A stretch of DNA of 64,000 nt, taken from positions 2,624,001 to 2,688,000 of the forward strand of contig OZ242358.1 of NCBI GenBank assembly GCA_965208835.1, read 5' to 3'. This DNA comes from Candidatus Latescibacterota bacterium (lineage in GTDB: Bacteria > Latescibacterota > UBA2968 > GCA-2709665). Made by a program: the position numbers and the translations under genes. Under the pieces are notes generated by a model, which ran no database searches, was not told where the DNA came from, and was given only the letters and a program-made list of their open reading frames with translations. Each line of letters opens with the position of its first letter. Positions within the stretch are counted from its first letter, which is position 1. This document shows, one piece after another, positions 18,351 through 28,367 of this stretch.

Positions 18351-19418
18351 ATGAACGAAAGTGCATCGAAAAACACCCGGGGCCTGTTGCAGCGGCTTGA
18401 CGAAGACGCGGTGATATGCGCCGAGGGGTACCTGTTTGAACTCGAGCGCCGGGGGTATCTGCAGGCGGGGCCATACGTGCCGGAGGTCGTACTCGAGCAT
18501 CCTGAGGTCGTGGCCGGGCTGCATCGCGAATTCTGGCGGGCGGGCACCGACGTGATCGAGGCGTTTACATACTACGGGCACCGCGAAAAACTGCGCATCA
18601 TCGGCAGGGAACACCTTCTGGAGCCGCTGCAGAAGAACGCGTTGTCAATCGCGCAGTCGGTCGCCGCCTCCGTCGATGGAGAACGCCCGCTGGTTGCAGG
18701 CAACATCTGCAATACCAACATTTGGGATCCGGCCGATCGCAAAACCGAAGGGCAGGTTGCGGCGATGTTCGACGAGCAGGTGGCCTGGGCGGCCGAGGCG
18801 GGCGTGGATTTCATGATCGCAGAGACATTCTCCTTTTTCGGGGAGGCTGCGCTGGCGCTGGCGTCCATCAGACGCGCCGGCATGCCGGCTGTCGTCACGT
18901 TCGCACACCATCGCGAGGAAGGATTGAGGGATGGCGTCCTGCTGGATGAGGCCGCAATTCGACTTGAACAGGCAGGCGCTGACGTCGTGGGGGTGAATTG
19001 CACCAGGGGACCGCGGACCATGCTACCCGACGTTGAACGCATCCGGCGTTCTGTGTCCTGCCACGTGGCGGCATTGCCGGTACCGTATCGTACGACAGAT
19101 GAGCAACCGACGTTTCAGTCGCTCGTGGAAACGGACTCCCATAGTCCGCCGGAGGGAGGTTCGTTTCCCACGGCGCTGGATCCCTTTTCATGCCACAGGT
19201 ATGAGATGGCCGCGTTTGCCCGTAAAGCGTTCGAAATGGGCGTGCGGTACCTGGGCGTCTGCTGCGGAGCAGGGCCACACCACGTCAGATCGATCGCGGA
19301 AGCGCTGGGACGGCGTCCGCCCGCCAGCAGGTACTCTCCGGATATGTCCAGGCACTATGCGCTGGGCAGCGATGCCAGGCTCAGGCGTCACAACCAGGAG
19401 TTCGTGGACAAGCTGTGA
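18351..19418 (+). CDS. Betaine-homocysteine S-methyltransferase-like protein
   Basis: EGYLFELERRGY, HREF.RAG.DV..AFTYY, GVNCTRGP, GVCCG. Confidence 0.9.
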   Translation: MNESASKNTRGLLQRLDEDAVICAEGYLFELERRGYLQAGPYVPEVVLEHPEVVAGLHREFWRAGTDVIEAFTYYGHREKLRIIGREHLLEPLQKNALSIAQSVAASVDGERPLVAGNICNTNIWDPADRKTEGQVAAMFDEQVAWAAEAGVDFMIAETFSFFGEAALALASIRRAGMPAVVTFAHHREEGLRDGVLLDEAAIRLEQAGADVVGVNCTRGPRTMLPDVERIRRSVSCHVAALPVPYRTTDEQPTFQSLVETDSHSPPEGGSFPTALDPFSCHRYEMAAFARKAFEMGVRYLGVCCGAGPHHVRSIAEALGRRPPASRYSPDMSRHYALGSDARLRRHNQEFVDKL

Positions 19419-19506
19419 GGAGCCCGGCGGCCGGTTCCAGCCCGTAATGGCGTGACTCTCCGGACGTCGCGGCGAATCCGGGAATCGACCAGGAGCCCAA
19501 GAGTCC

Positions 19507-21108
19507 ATGCGATCCTGTGCGGCCGCAATCGCGGAAACCCTGCACGAAGGCGGGGTACGGTACGTTTTCGGCCACCCCGGCGGCGAGGTGGTGGACCTGA
19601 TCGAGGCGCTGGAGAAGGCCGGGATCCGATTCGTACTGACCGGCCATGAGGCCGCCGCAGCCTTTATGGCGAGCACCGTCGGACGCCTCACGGGGACGCC
19701 TGGCGTCTGCCTTGCGACACTTGGCCCGGGCGCCTGCAATCTGGTGCTGGGCGTCGGCGCCGCGTACCTCGACAGAGACCCGATACTGGCCCTATCCGCG
19801 CGCAGCCCGGCATCCCGGTCCGTGGTCAGTCAGAAGCAGAATCTGTCGCTCAATGAATTGTTCGGTCCCGTCTGCAAATGGTCGGTCGACCTTTCGAAAA
19901 CAGGCGTTCGGGAAACGATAACGTCCGCTTTGAGGGTCTCGACCGCCGCGCCGGCCGGGCCGGTATACCTCACGATACCGAATGACGTCGCCGTGGACCG
20001 CGCGTCCCGTGGCGAGGGAGCGTCCACGCCGGACCTGACTTGCGGGCACAGCGGGAGTCTCGACGCGATAGCGGCGGTATTGAACAGGGCTGAACGTCCT
20101 GTGGGCATTGTGGGCGTCGCGCTGGACGCCACGCGGGATTCCGCTGCGGTGCGCCGGTTTTTTTCTCAGTCGCAGATTCCCTACGTCGTGCTGCCGCAGG
20201 CGAAGGGTATCGCCGATGAGTTCGGTCCGGGGTATCTGGGCACGGTGGCGTCGGCCGCGGGAGACGCTGTTCTCGTGAATCTGATAAGGAGGAGCGATTG
20301 CCTTCTGGGGGTGGGTTTCGATCCGGTTGAATCCGCCCAGGACTGGCATCTTCGTCAGCCGGTTTTCTCTCTGGCAGGCTGCTCGATTGCCTTTGGCGAC
20401 TTCATGCCGGCTTCGGAGTGTGTGGGCGACGTCACAATTCTTCTGGATCGCCTGCTCGAAGCATATAAGACGCGCGCTTCGTGGACGGCCGCCGACTTTC
20501 GCGGCGCGAGGCAGGGTGTCGCGGATGCGATCTGTCCCGTCACGGATGCCGGCGCCAATGGGCTTTCCCCGTTCCATCTGGTGCGTGAGTTACACGAAAC
20601 GCTGCCCGATGAGACCATTCTTTCCGTCGACGTCGGCGCGCACAAGATGCTGGTCTCGCAGGTCTGGCGGGCGGCTTCGCCAGGGACGTTCCTGACGTCA
20701 AACGGCCTTTCCGCGATGGGGTACGGTCTGCCGTCGGCGCTGGCGGCGGCGCTCATACGGACCGGCCGACCGGTGGCGGGCGTATTCGGCGACGCCGGTT
20801 TCGCAATGATGGTCCAGGAACTGGAAACCGCGCGACGGCTTGGGCTGCGTCCGTTGCTCGTGGTGATGTGCGACCGGTCTCTGGCAATTGTCAAGGTCGC
20901 CCAGGCCATGCGTAACATCCCGTTTCGCGGCGTGGATTTCCTGCCGGTGGATTGGGCGAGGGTGGCTGAAGGCTTTGGCGCAAGGGGGGTGACCGTGACG
21001 ACACTGGAGGAAGTGCGGCGGACCGGAGAGGCCTGGCTGGAGAAGCCGGAGTTGACGGTCGTGGCTGCCCGGGTGGACGAGGAGCTATATGCAGGAATGG
21101 AATACTAG
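19507..21108 (+). CDS. Thiamine-diphosphate-dependent enzyme (acetolactate synthase-like family)
   Basis: FGHPGGE, HEAAAAFMA, TLGPGACN, DVGAHK, SNGLSAMGYGLP, GDAGF. Confidence 0.9.
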   Translation: MRSCAAAIAETLHEGGVRYVFGHPGGEVVDLIEALEKAGIRFVLTGHEAAAAFMASTVGRLTGTPGVCLATLGPGACNLVLGVGAAYLDRDPILALSARSPASRSVVSQKQNLSLNELFGPVCKWSVDLSKTGVRETITSALRVSTAAPAGPVYLTIPNDVAVDRASRGEGASTPDLTCGHSGSLDAIAAVLNRAERPVGIVGVALDATRDSAAVRRFFSQSQIPYVVLPQAKGIADEFGPGYLGTVASAAGDAVLVNLIRRSDCLLGVGFDPVESAQDWHLRQPVFSLAGCSIAFGDFMPASECVGDVTILLDRLLEAYKTRASWTAADFRGARQGVADAICPVTDAGANGLSPFHLVRELHETLPDETILSVDVGAHKMLVSQVWRAASPGTFLTSNGLSAMGYGLPSALAAALIRTGRPVAGVFGDAGFAMMVQELETARRLGLRPLLVVMCDRSLAIVKVAQAMRNIPFRGVDFLPVDWARVAEGFGARGVTVTTLEEVRRTGEAWLEKPELTVVAARVDEELYAGMEY

Positions 21109-21152
21109 CATTTTTGGCGCCGGAGCGCCGCAGACGTGAATGTGAGGCAACC

Positions 21153-22490
21153 GTGCGGATACCCGAACACACGACATATCTGATTATCGGCGCCGGGGTT
21201 CACGGTCTGAGTACCGGCTATCACCTGGCGCGGGCGTTGAAGAGCCGGCGCAGAGCTTCCCGGTCCGATGTGCTGATCGTGGACAAGAAGGGGGTGGCTG
21301 CGGGGGCTTCCGGCATCGCCTGCGGCGTCATCCGCAATAACTATTTCCAACCGGCCATGCGCGAACTGATGGCGCACAGCGTCGACATTTGGGAGACCGA
21401 TCCGGAGGCGTTCAGCTACCATCCCGTCGGCTACATGCAGATCAGCCCCGAGTCCATGCATGAGGACGTTGCCAGCATCGCACAACAACAGCGCGAAATT
21501 GGTTACAAATCGGAGTTTATAGAGGGTGACGCGGACTGCCTGAAATATATGCGGCATTTGTTTCACGACTGGCAGGCGAAGGGAATTACGTCTGTTCTCC
21601 ATGAAAAGCGAGGGGGGTACGCCAACAACCGAGCGTCGATGACGGGCCTGGCCGCCAAGGCCGGGAGCGAAGGCGTCAGGATTCTGGAAGGCGTCGAGGT
21701 CACCGGATTCCGATTCGATGGAGGGGCGGTCTCCGCCGTGGAAACGGATCGCGGCGTGATCCGGGCGGACGAGGTCGTTGTCGCCGCGGGGCCGTGGGCA
21801 AAGCTGCTCTGGGACATGCTGAATCTGCCGGAATCGGTGACCATCAAGGGTTCTGACGGGGCATTGCACCACGATATTCCGATGTGGAGTTACTGGTGTC
21901 TACAGGAAGGTACGCTCGGCGTCAACCCCGATTTTCTCAAGACCAACGACGGCAGGATGCCTCCGGTGATTCATCTGGACACGGACGCGCCTCTGTATTC
22001 GGACGTAGACGGTTCGTTGATTACCGATCGCCTGTGGGGCATCTACTACAAACCCGATTTCCACTTCGGGGGTGTTCAGGGCGGGGCAATGCCCTACCGG
22101 GTCGAGAGACCTCCGGACGACGTGGCTGTGGACCCCTATGGACCGGAATCCCCCGATTTCATCGTGGGCGAGCAGTTCGCCCATCAGTGGTGTTCCGCGC
22201 TGGCATTCTGTCACAAGCGGTTTGAAGGAAAGTCATCGCTCTTCAAGAAAGAGCCGTCCGGAGGCATTGGCGCGTTTACACCCGACAGTTTCCCGGTATT
22301 CGACCGGTTTCACCAGAACTGCTACTTCATTGCGGACTCGAATCACGGATACAAGATGATCGGGGTGGGCAGGCTGGTGGCCGAGGAACTCCTGGGCAAG
22401 TCCACGCGTCTGCTGGCGCCGTTCCGCTTTTCCCGCTATGCCAAGGGAAGGCTCCATCCGGTATCCAACAGTCCGTTCCCCTGGAGTTGA
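21153..22490 (+). CDS. FAD-dependent N-methyl amino acid oxidoreductase (N-methylglutamate dehydrogenase MgdA / sarcosine oxidase beta-like)
   Basis: IIGAGVHGLS, ASGIACGVIRNNYFQP, FTPDSFPVFD, DSNHGYK, SPFPWS; GTG start inferred. Confidence 0.85.
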   Translation: MRIPEHTTYLIIGAGVHGLSTGYHLARALKSRRRASRSDVLIVDKKGVAAGASGIACGVIRNNYFQPAMRELMAHSVDIWETDPEAFSYHPVGYMQISPESMHEDVASIAQQQREIGYKSEFIEGDADCLKYMRHLFHDWQAKGITSVLHEKRGGYANNRASMTGLAAKAGSEGVRILEGVEVTGFRFDGGAVSAVETDRGVIRADEVVVAAGPWAKLLWDMLNLPESVTIKGSDGALHHDIPMWSYWCLQEGTLGVNPDFLKTNDGRMPPVIHLDTDAPLYSDVDGSLITDRLWGIYYKPDFHFGGVQGGAMPYRVERPPDDVAVDPYGPESPDFIVGEQFAHQWCSALAFCHKRFEGKSSLFKKEPSGGIGAFTPDSFPVFDRFHQNCYFIADSNHGYKMIGVGRLVAEELLGKSTRLLAPFRFSRYAKGRLHPVSNSPFPWS

Positions 22491-22657
22491 GCGTTCACCG
22501 GGCCTGTCCGGACACGATCATTTCGCGCAGCGCACCCGGGGTGTTGACCGGTCAGTCATTGAGGACGACATCCCGGTGAAGAGATCTTCGGTAAAACCCT
22601 GTTCCTGCATGTCACGGTCGTAAAGCGCATTTCCCGGGACGGCAGACGGAAAGTTCA

Positions 22658-23905
22658 ATGATGTCTCGACCCGACGTTCGGCGCCGAATGCGCATCAGGC
22701 ATACGGACTGGGGCGACGCCGTGCGTATCGATCTCAATCAGCTGGGTTCGCGACTGCCCGCGCAAGGTATCCAGGGCGCAACATGGTCCGAGGAGGCCGG
22801 CGAGGCATTGCGCGACGAATGGGCCGAATCCCAGAACGTGGCGCTTTGCGACACATTGACGGAGGTCGCCGCCCGTCTCGGCGGGAATTTCGATTCCTTT
22901 GCCGAGTGGACGGTCTTGCACAACAGGCGGTACGACGGCACCCATATGCGGAGTGAACGGCGGGCGCGGTTCGGCCCCGGGTACCGCGCGGCGATTACGA
23001 CGCTCGGCTGGGCGCATCCGAGTGCAAACCTTTCCACGTGCATCCAGGCGGTTGGTTACGTGCCGAAAGCCCGCGCGACGTTTCAGCAGACCATGTGGCG
23101 GCCGGAATCATTGTACGATACCGAGTTCATGGCACTCGCCCCCGCCGTTGTGACCCGATTCGGCGGAGGCCGGCAGATCCATCTTTCGGGCGTTGTCGCA
23201 TGGGACGAGGGGATCAACCCGCTGTTCAAAGGACAACCTGAACGCCAGATCCGCCACGTGTTCGACCTCATCCAGGGCGTTTTTGAGGAGGGAGGCGGCA
23301 CGCTGGCCGACGTCGTGCGCCTCCGTCCCTTCGCCCACTGTCCAAAGATCGCGCGCCTTATCCGTGAGGAAGTGGAACGGCGCTGGGCAGGCCGTCCGCG
23401 ACCGGTCGTGATGATGTCTGACAGCCGGAGTTTTGGCGATCCGCCCAGCCTGTACGCGGAAATACAGGTCATGGGGGTCCTTTCCGACAACGACGGCGTG
23501 CGGCACTCGGAAACGCAGCCGCCTGCCGGAATCCCGGATGAGGGCGCCTTGCGGATTCGCAGCAGCCGCGTTCGCGACTGGGAACTGGTCCAAGTGGGCG
23601 AATTGAGGGCACCCCCGGGCGAGCGGCCGGACCTGGAGGCGGAACGCGTTACGGAACAGTTGGCGACCGTCCTCGAACGGGTGTCGCTTTCGCCGAAGGA
23701 TGTCTGTCTGACATTTGCCTATGTCAGTTCACCGGAATCCGCCGCGGCTTTCTCGGCAGTTGCCTCTCGAGCCGTGCCGTCGGATACGGTGCACGTGTTG
23801 CCGTGCCCCGCAATGCCTGAGCTGGATACGCGCAATATCAAGGTGGAGTTGACGGCAGGAAGACGCCTGGATCCCGTCTCGACGACGAAGTCGAACAATC
23901 CCTGA
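22658..23905 (+). CDS. Rid (YjgF/RidA)-domain protein with apparently three tandem degenerate Rid repeats
   Basis: Central IHLSGVV...Q...VFD.I..V...GGTLADVVR...AEIQ; flanking ~130-aa segments end in similar CIQAVG and KVELTA strands. Confidence 0.6.
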   Translation: MMSRPDVRRRMRIRHTDWGDAVRIDLNQLGSRLPAQGIQGATWSEEAGEALRDEWAESQNVALCDTLTEVAARLGGNFDSFAEWTVLHNRRYDGTHMRSERRARFGPGYRAAITTLGWAHPSANLSTCIQAVGYVPKARATFQQTMWRPESLYDTEFMALAPAVVTRFGGGRQIHLSGVVAWDEGINPLFKGQPERQIRHVFDLIQGVFEEGGGTLADVVRLRPFAHCPKIARLIREEVERRWAGRPRPVVMMSDSRSFGDPPSLYAEIQVMGVLSDNDGVRHSETQPPAGIPDEGALRIRSSRVRDWELVQVGELRAPPGERPDLEAERVTEQLATVLERVSLSPKDVCLTFAYVSSPESAAAFSAVASRAVPSDTVHVLPCPAMPELDTRNIKVELTAGRRLDPVSTTKSNNP

Positions 23906-24030
23906 CCGCACAGGCGGCAAGGGGCCGTTCCGCGCGTTTTCTTACGTACAGGTCAGGAACGATCTTCACCGCTGATCGGTCTAATTCATAAAGCACGTTT
24001 TTCCCTCTGTACCCTGATGAGGGGCCTGAA

Positions 24031-24921
24031 ATGCGCATCGTTGCGACCGGCTTGACGAAAATCTATCCGAAGGGGACCGTGCCCGCGCTGGACAGCGTGG
24101 ACCTGGAGATCGGAAAGGGAACATTCGGCCTGCTCGGGCCGAACGGCGCGGGAAAAACCACGCTCATCAAGATTCTTTCAACTCAAATGGCGCCGACATC
24201 CGGCCGTGTCAGCATCGGTACGTGGGATCTGCAGCGGAACCGCTCCGATGTGCGTCGCAGCCTGGGATATCTTCCGCAACACTTCGGGTCGTACCCGCAA
24301 CTGACGGCGTGGGAATTCATGGACTATATGGACCGGCTGGCGACGGGCCGGCGCAGGAACGGCAGAAAGGCGCGGGTGCGCGACGCACTTGAGAACGTGG
24401 GGCTCTACGAAGCGCGCGACCGCCGGACGGGTACGTTTTCCGGGGGGATGATGCGGCGTCTCGGGATCGCTCAAGCCATCGTCGGCGATCCGGAAATCCT
24501 GGTTGTTGACGAGCCCACGGTGGGACTCGATCCGGAAGAACGCATACGCTTCCGGGGGATCCTCGCGCGGTTGAGTCGGGACAGGGCAATCCTGATCTCC
24601 ACCCATATCGTGGGTGACATTTCGAGTACCTGTGATGACCTGGCGGTGCTGAATGCAGGACGGATCGTCTACAGGGGATCTCCGGAGGCACTGGTTACTC
24701 GCGCCGAAGGCAAGACCTGGCGCGTGCAGGCGGATGATGCCGAATTCGAAACGATATCCCAACGGTTTCTGGTTGTGACGGTCGCCGTGGACGGAGGCCG
24801 GATGGATCTCAGGTTCGTGGGCGATGGTCCGCCGCCGGCCCAGGCGGAACCGGTCTCGCCAAATCTCGAAGACGCGTACGTCTATTTTATGGGCATGGAG
24901 AATGCGGAAGGGGCTGCGTAG
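24031..24921 (+). CDS. ABC transporter ATP-binding protein (ABC-2 type)
   Basis: GPNGAGKT, YLPQ, FSGGM, VVDEP, STH, PNLEDAY. Confidence 0.95.
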   Translation: MRIVATGLTKIYPKGTVPALDSVDLEIGKGTFGLLGPNGAGKTTLIKILSTQMAPTSGRVSIGTWDLQRNRSDVRRSLGYLPQHFGSYPQLTAWEFMDYMDRLATGRRRNGRKARVRDALENVGLYEARDRRTGTFSGGMMRRLGIAQAIVGDPEILVVDEPTVGLDPEERIRFRGILARLSRDRAILISTHIVGDISSTCDDLAVLNAGRIVYRGSPEALVTRAEGKTWRVQADDAEFETISQRFLVVTVAVDGGRMDLRFVGDGPPPAQAEPVSPNLEDAYVYFMGMENAEGAA

Positions 24922-24924
24922 GCC

Positions 24925-27900
24925 ATGAATACCGTCTTCACCATTTTGTCCGTGGCCAGATACGAACGCAAAATGCTGATGCGTACGATCCGGTTTCGCA
25001 TCCTGGGTGGTATCGGCGTGCTCATCCCCGTTGTTCTGGGCATCGGCCTGGCGATCGCGGAGTCCAGAGGCGTTGAATTCGAGTCTGTCAGCGGAATCGG
25101 CGCCTACATGCCCTTTTTTGTCTACAGCCTCCTCCAGACCGTTGTGATCGCGTTTATCGTGGGTGACTTCCGGGCCGCGGATGAACGCGCCGGAATTTAC
25201 GAGGTGGTCGCCGCACGTCCGCTTTCTACCGCCGAACTGGTCATTGGGAAGTATCTGGGGGTTCTGGGTGCGCTGATTACGCTGAGCCTGATCGTGCTGG
25301 TACTCAGCCTCGGAGTGCAGGCGGCCAAGATCAGCATTACGGGAGCGCCGTTTGCCATTCGACCCTATCTGACGTACTTGCTCCTGCTGAACCTGCCGGG
25401 GCTGATCTACATGTCCGCGCTTACGTTTTTCCTCGGGGCGGTATTGCGCCGTCAGGCCGCGGTGACCGTGCTGACCATCGCTTACGTCCTGATTGTTCTC
25501 CTGTTCCTCGGGCGCCGATACGGCGGCGTCTACGACTTCGGCGCATTCTTCGCCCCCGTGTTCTACTCGGATATGCTCGGGCTTGGCGATATTCGGCGCG
25601 TCGTCGAAATCCGGTTTTTCTACACGATGCTTGCCCTATTCTTCTTTGGTCTGTCAATCGACCGGTATCCACGGCTGCCCCAGTCCCTGTCCTGGCGCAG
25701 GTTCGGTCGATGTCTGACCGCCGGCGGTTTCGCTGCCGCGCTGTGCCTGTACATTTACATGGAAAACCGGGACTCGTCAGATCTGGCATTCAGGACGGCG
25801 CAGCTGGAAGTTCAGGAGAGATATGCCGGACATCCAACGGTGGCCGTTTCGCATTACTCGCTCGACCTGGACCTCGCGACCGCGCGGACGCCGCTGCGGG
25901 GCAGGGCGGTTCTGAGCATTTCGAACCCTCATTCCGCGCCGCTGGATACCCTCGTTTTCAGCCTCAACCCGGGATTGAGACTGCGAACCGTGAGTGCAAA
26001 AAACGGTGAGGGCGCCGCCGTCGACTGGCAACGCGAATACGCCGTCGTACGGGTCGCCCGAACGCTCCAACCCGACAGCATGGCGACGTTGGCGTTCGAA
26101 TACGACGGTTCGATTGACCTCAGCGGATTCGATCTGAGGCGTCATCCGGATGCGAGGCGTCTGCAGAAACGGCGCGCGGGGCCGGGTAGAAAAGGTGATC
26201 TGACCGCCTGGATCGGGGGGAATTCCGTATTCCTGCCGCCCCGCAGCCGGTGGTACCCTTCGCCGGGTGTGGACTACGGACACGAGGATGGCAGACCCGT
26301 GTCCTTCGCCACCGCGGATCTGGAAATCTCTCTTCCGGCGGGACTGGAGGTTGTAACCCAGGGGATGCCGGTCAGCCGGAAGGCGGAGGGCGGACGGGAG
26401 GTCCATTCGTGGAAGGCACGACGCCCCGTGCCTTTTCTCTCGCTCAACGCTGGCGTCTACCGAGTATTCCAGGCCGAGATTCATAACATCCAATGCGCCG
26501 TTTACGTTCATCCGACCCATGCCAGGCAGGTCACCTTCTTCGAAGACGCAAGGGATGACGCCCTCGAAACGCTGGGCGAAATCCTGGACAGCGTTGAACA
26601 GGAAACCGGGCTGGCCTATCCCTACGAACGCCTGTCGGTTGTGGAGGTGCCATTCCAGGTACAATGGTATTACGACGGATGGGAGGAAGCCGGAGGACTC
26701 GTGCAGCCGGGAGTGCTGATGCTGGAAGAGGACGTGCTGATGCGGCTCAATCTGCAGCGGCGTCTGAAGTGGATGCAGCGGCGACAACGGCGAAACGACG
26801 ATCCCGCCAGGATCAAACGGGATCTGCTGGTCAGCGCCGTCCTGCGCACATTCTTCGGCCGGGAGTCGACACAGGGCGGCATCTACCGAAGTCCGGTTGC
26901 GCAGCTCTGGTCGTTCAACAAGGGCTTCGAAGGCGAACACTACTCCCTGCTCAAGCGCGGAATGCCCGTCTATATTCAGCAACATCTCGAGACCAGCCTG
27001 CAACAAGGCTTCTATTCGCGGAGGGGCAGGTTCCGCGGTCGGTTCCGGCGCAACAGGGGCGCGCAAGGCGTCTCATGGGATACGGTAACGTCAAAGATGC
27101 GCCAGCGTTCTTTCGCGGAGCTGGATCCGAGTGCCGACGCGGAACTCTACCGTGCAGTCGTCGACGCCAAGGGCGCCTCCATGTTCGGGATGATGCAGGC
27201 CGTGGTGGGTGACGAGACGTTCAGAGACCTGGTCAGCGGATTCGAAGCGGCGAACCGCCACGCGGCGGTCGACTTCGGGTCCTTCGAGCGGGCGGCTGTC
27301 GGGGATTCCTCGCGCCAGGTGGAACGACCCGACCTGCATCGCCTCGTCAGCGACTGGCTGCACGGCACCCAGGTTCCCGGATACACACTGACACGGGCAA
27401 AGGCATACAAAGTGGACGATGGGTGGGGCATGATGGTGTATCAGGTCATCGTAAGGATTCGAAACGGCGAGCCGGGGCGCGGATTCGTCCAGATTCGAGC
27501 GATGGGGAGCGAAGACGAGGCGGTCAAGGGCGTCGAAATAGAAGGCGGGCAGGAGGTTGAGGTGGGGTTGATCCTCTGGGAACGGCCATCGAGAGTCAGC
27601 GTCGAGCCGTTTTTTGCACGCAACCGTCGCGTGTTGATGGTGCCGTTGCGCATACCCGAACAACCGATGGACGGATCCGCTACGACCTACGTGAGGGAGG
27701 TGGCACCGGATGAGACCGGATTGACCGAGATCATCGTGGACAACGACGACGATGGCTTCGAAATGCCGGTCCGCAGGGTGCGGCGCTATCTCCGACCACA
27801 GTTGAAGGGTGACAACTGGCAGGAGCGTCAGTTGCCGTTTTCCTTCGGCCGGTATGAAAACAACTTCCGGTGGAAGAAACCCGGCGACGGCGCGCAACCG

Positions 27901-28323
27901 GCCGTCTGGACCGCCCGATTGCCGCACAGCGGCGATTACGACGTCTACTACTATTTCATTCATCCAAGGTTCTCCAGGCGCCTGCGTATGGCCACGGAAT
28001 TCAGCCTTGTCGTCTCCCACGGAGGCGAGGTGGATACACTGGCGGTTGAAGCAGGCAAACTCAAGGGCGGCTGGAACGTACTGGGACGATACCGGTTCGA
28101 AGGCGGGGAGTTTGCCAGCGTCGAATTGTCCGACCGGGCAAACGGGCGCCTATATGCGGATGCGGTGCGCTGGAGGTACGTGGACCCCGACCACCCGGAA
28201 GAGGTGTATGAAGAAGATCTACCCGCATGGGATTTCGGCCGGGGACGTCGGGCCAGCGACCGGAGCGGACGAGGCGGCGGCAGCCGGAGTGGCGGAGGAC
28301 AATGGCGTGGAAGAGGTTGGTAA
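24925..28323 (+). CDS. ABC-2 permease fused to a degenerate M1 aminopeptidase-like ectodomain and a golvesin/xanthan-lyase-type C-terminal domain
   Basis: About 7 N-terminal TM helices with RPLS.AE..IGK; HYSLDLDL, WYP, YPYERLSVVEVP, AKG..MF.M, DWL; IIVDNDD...GDYDVY...GWNVLGRY...ADAVRW; no HExxH. Confidence 0.75.
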   Translation: MNTVFTILSVARYERKMLMRTIRFRILGGIGVLIPVVLGIGLAIAESRGVEFESVSGIGAYMPFFVYSLLQTVVIAFIVGDFRAADERAGIYEVVAARPLSTAELVIGKYLGVLGALITLSLIVLVLSLGVQAAKISITGAPFAIRPYLTYLLLLNLPGLIYMSALTFFLGAVLRRQAAVTVLTIAYVLIVLLFLGRRYGGVYDFGAFFAPVFYSDMLGLGDIRRVVEIRFFYTMLALFFFGLSIDRYPRLPQSLSWRRFGRCLTAGGFAAALCLYIYMENRDSSDLAFRTAQLEVQERYAGHPTVAVSHYSLDLDLATARTPLRGRAVLSISNPHSAPLDTLVFSLNPGLRLRTVSAKNGEGAAVDWQREYAVVRVARTLQPDSMATLAFEYDGSIDLSGFDLRRHPDARRLQKRRAGPGRKGDLTAWIGGNSVFLPPRSRWYPSPGVDYGHEDGRPVSFATADLEISLPAGLEVVTQGMPVSRKAEGGREVHSWKARRPVPFLSLNAGVYRVFQAEIHNIQCAVYVHPTHARQVTFFEDARDDALETLGEILDSVEQETGLAYPYERLSVVEVPFQVQWYYDGWEEAGGLVQPGVLMLEEDVLMRLNLQRRLKWMQRRQRRNDDPARIKRDLLVSAVLRTFFGRESTQGGIYRSPVAQLWSFNKGFEGEHYSLLKRGMPVYIQQHLETSLQQGFYSRRGRFRGRFRRNRGAQGVSWDTVTSKMRQRSFAELDPSADAELYRAVVDAKGASMFGMMQAVVGDETFRDLVSGFEAANRHAAVDFGSFERAAVGDSSRQVERPDLHRLVSDWLHGTQVPGYTLTRAKAYKVDDGWGMMVYQVIVRIRNGEPGRGFVQIRAMGSEDEAVKGVEIEGGQEVEVGLILWERPSRVSVEPFFARNRRVLMVPLRIPEQPMDGSATTYVREVAPDETGLTEIIVDNDDDGFEMPVRRVRRYLRPQLKGDNWQERQLPFSFGRYENNFRWKKPGDGAQPAVWTARLPHSGDYDVYYYFIHPRFSRRLRMATEFSLVVSHGGEVDTLAVEAGKLKGGWNVLGRYRFEGGEFASVELSDRANGRLYADAVRWRYVDPDHPEEVYEEDLPAWDFGRGRRASDRSGRGGGSRSGGGQWRGRGW

Positions 28324-28367
28324 TCCACTGGAGATCAGCGTATTATAACCCTTTTTTGAGGTGAAAC

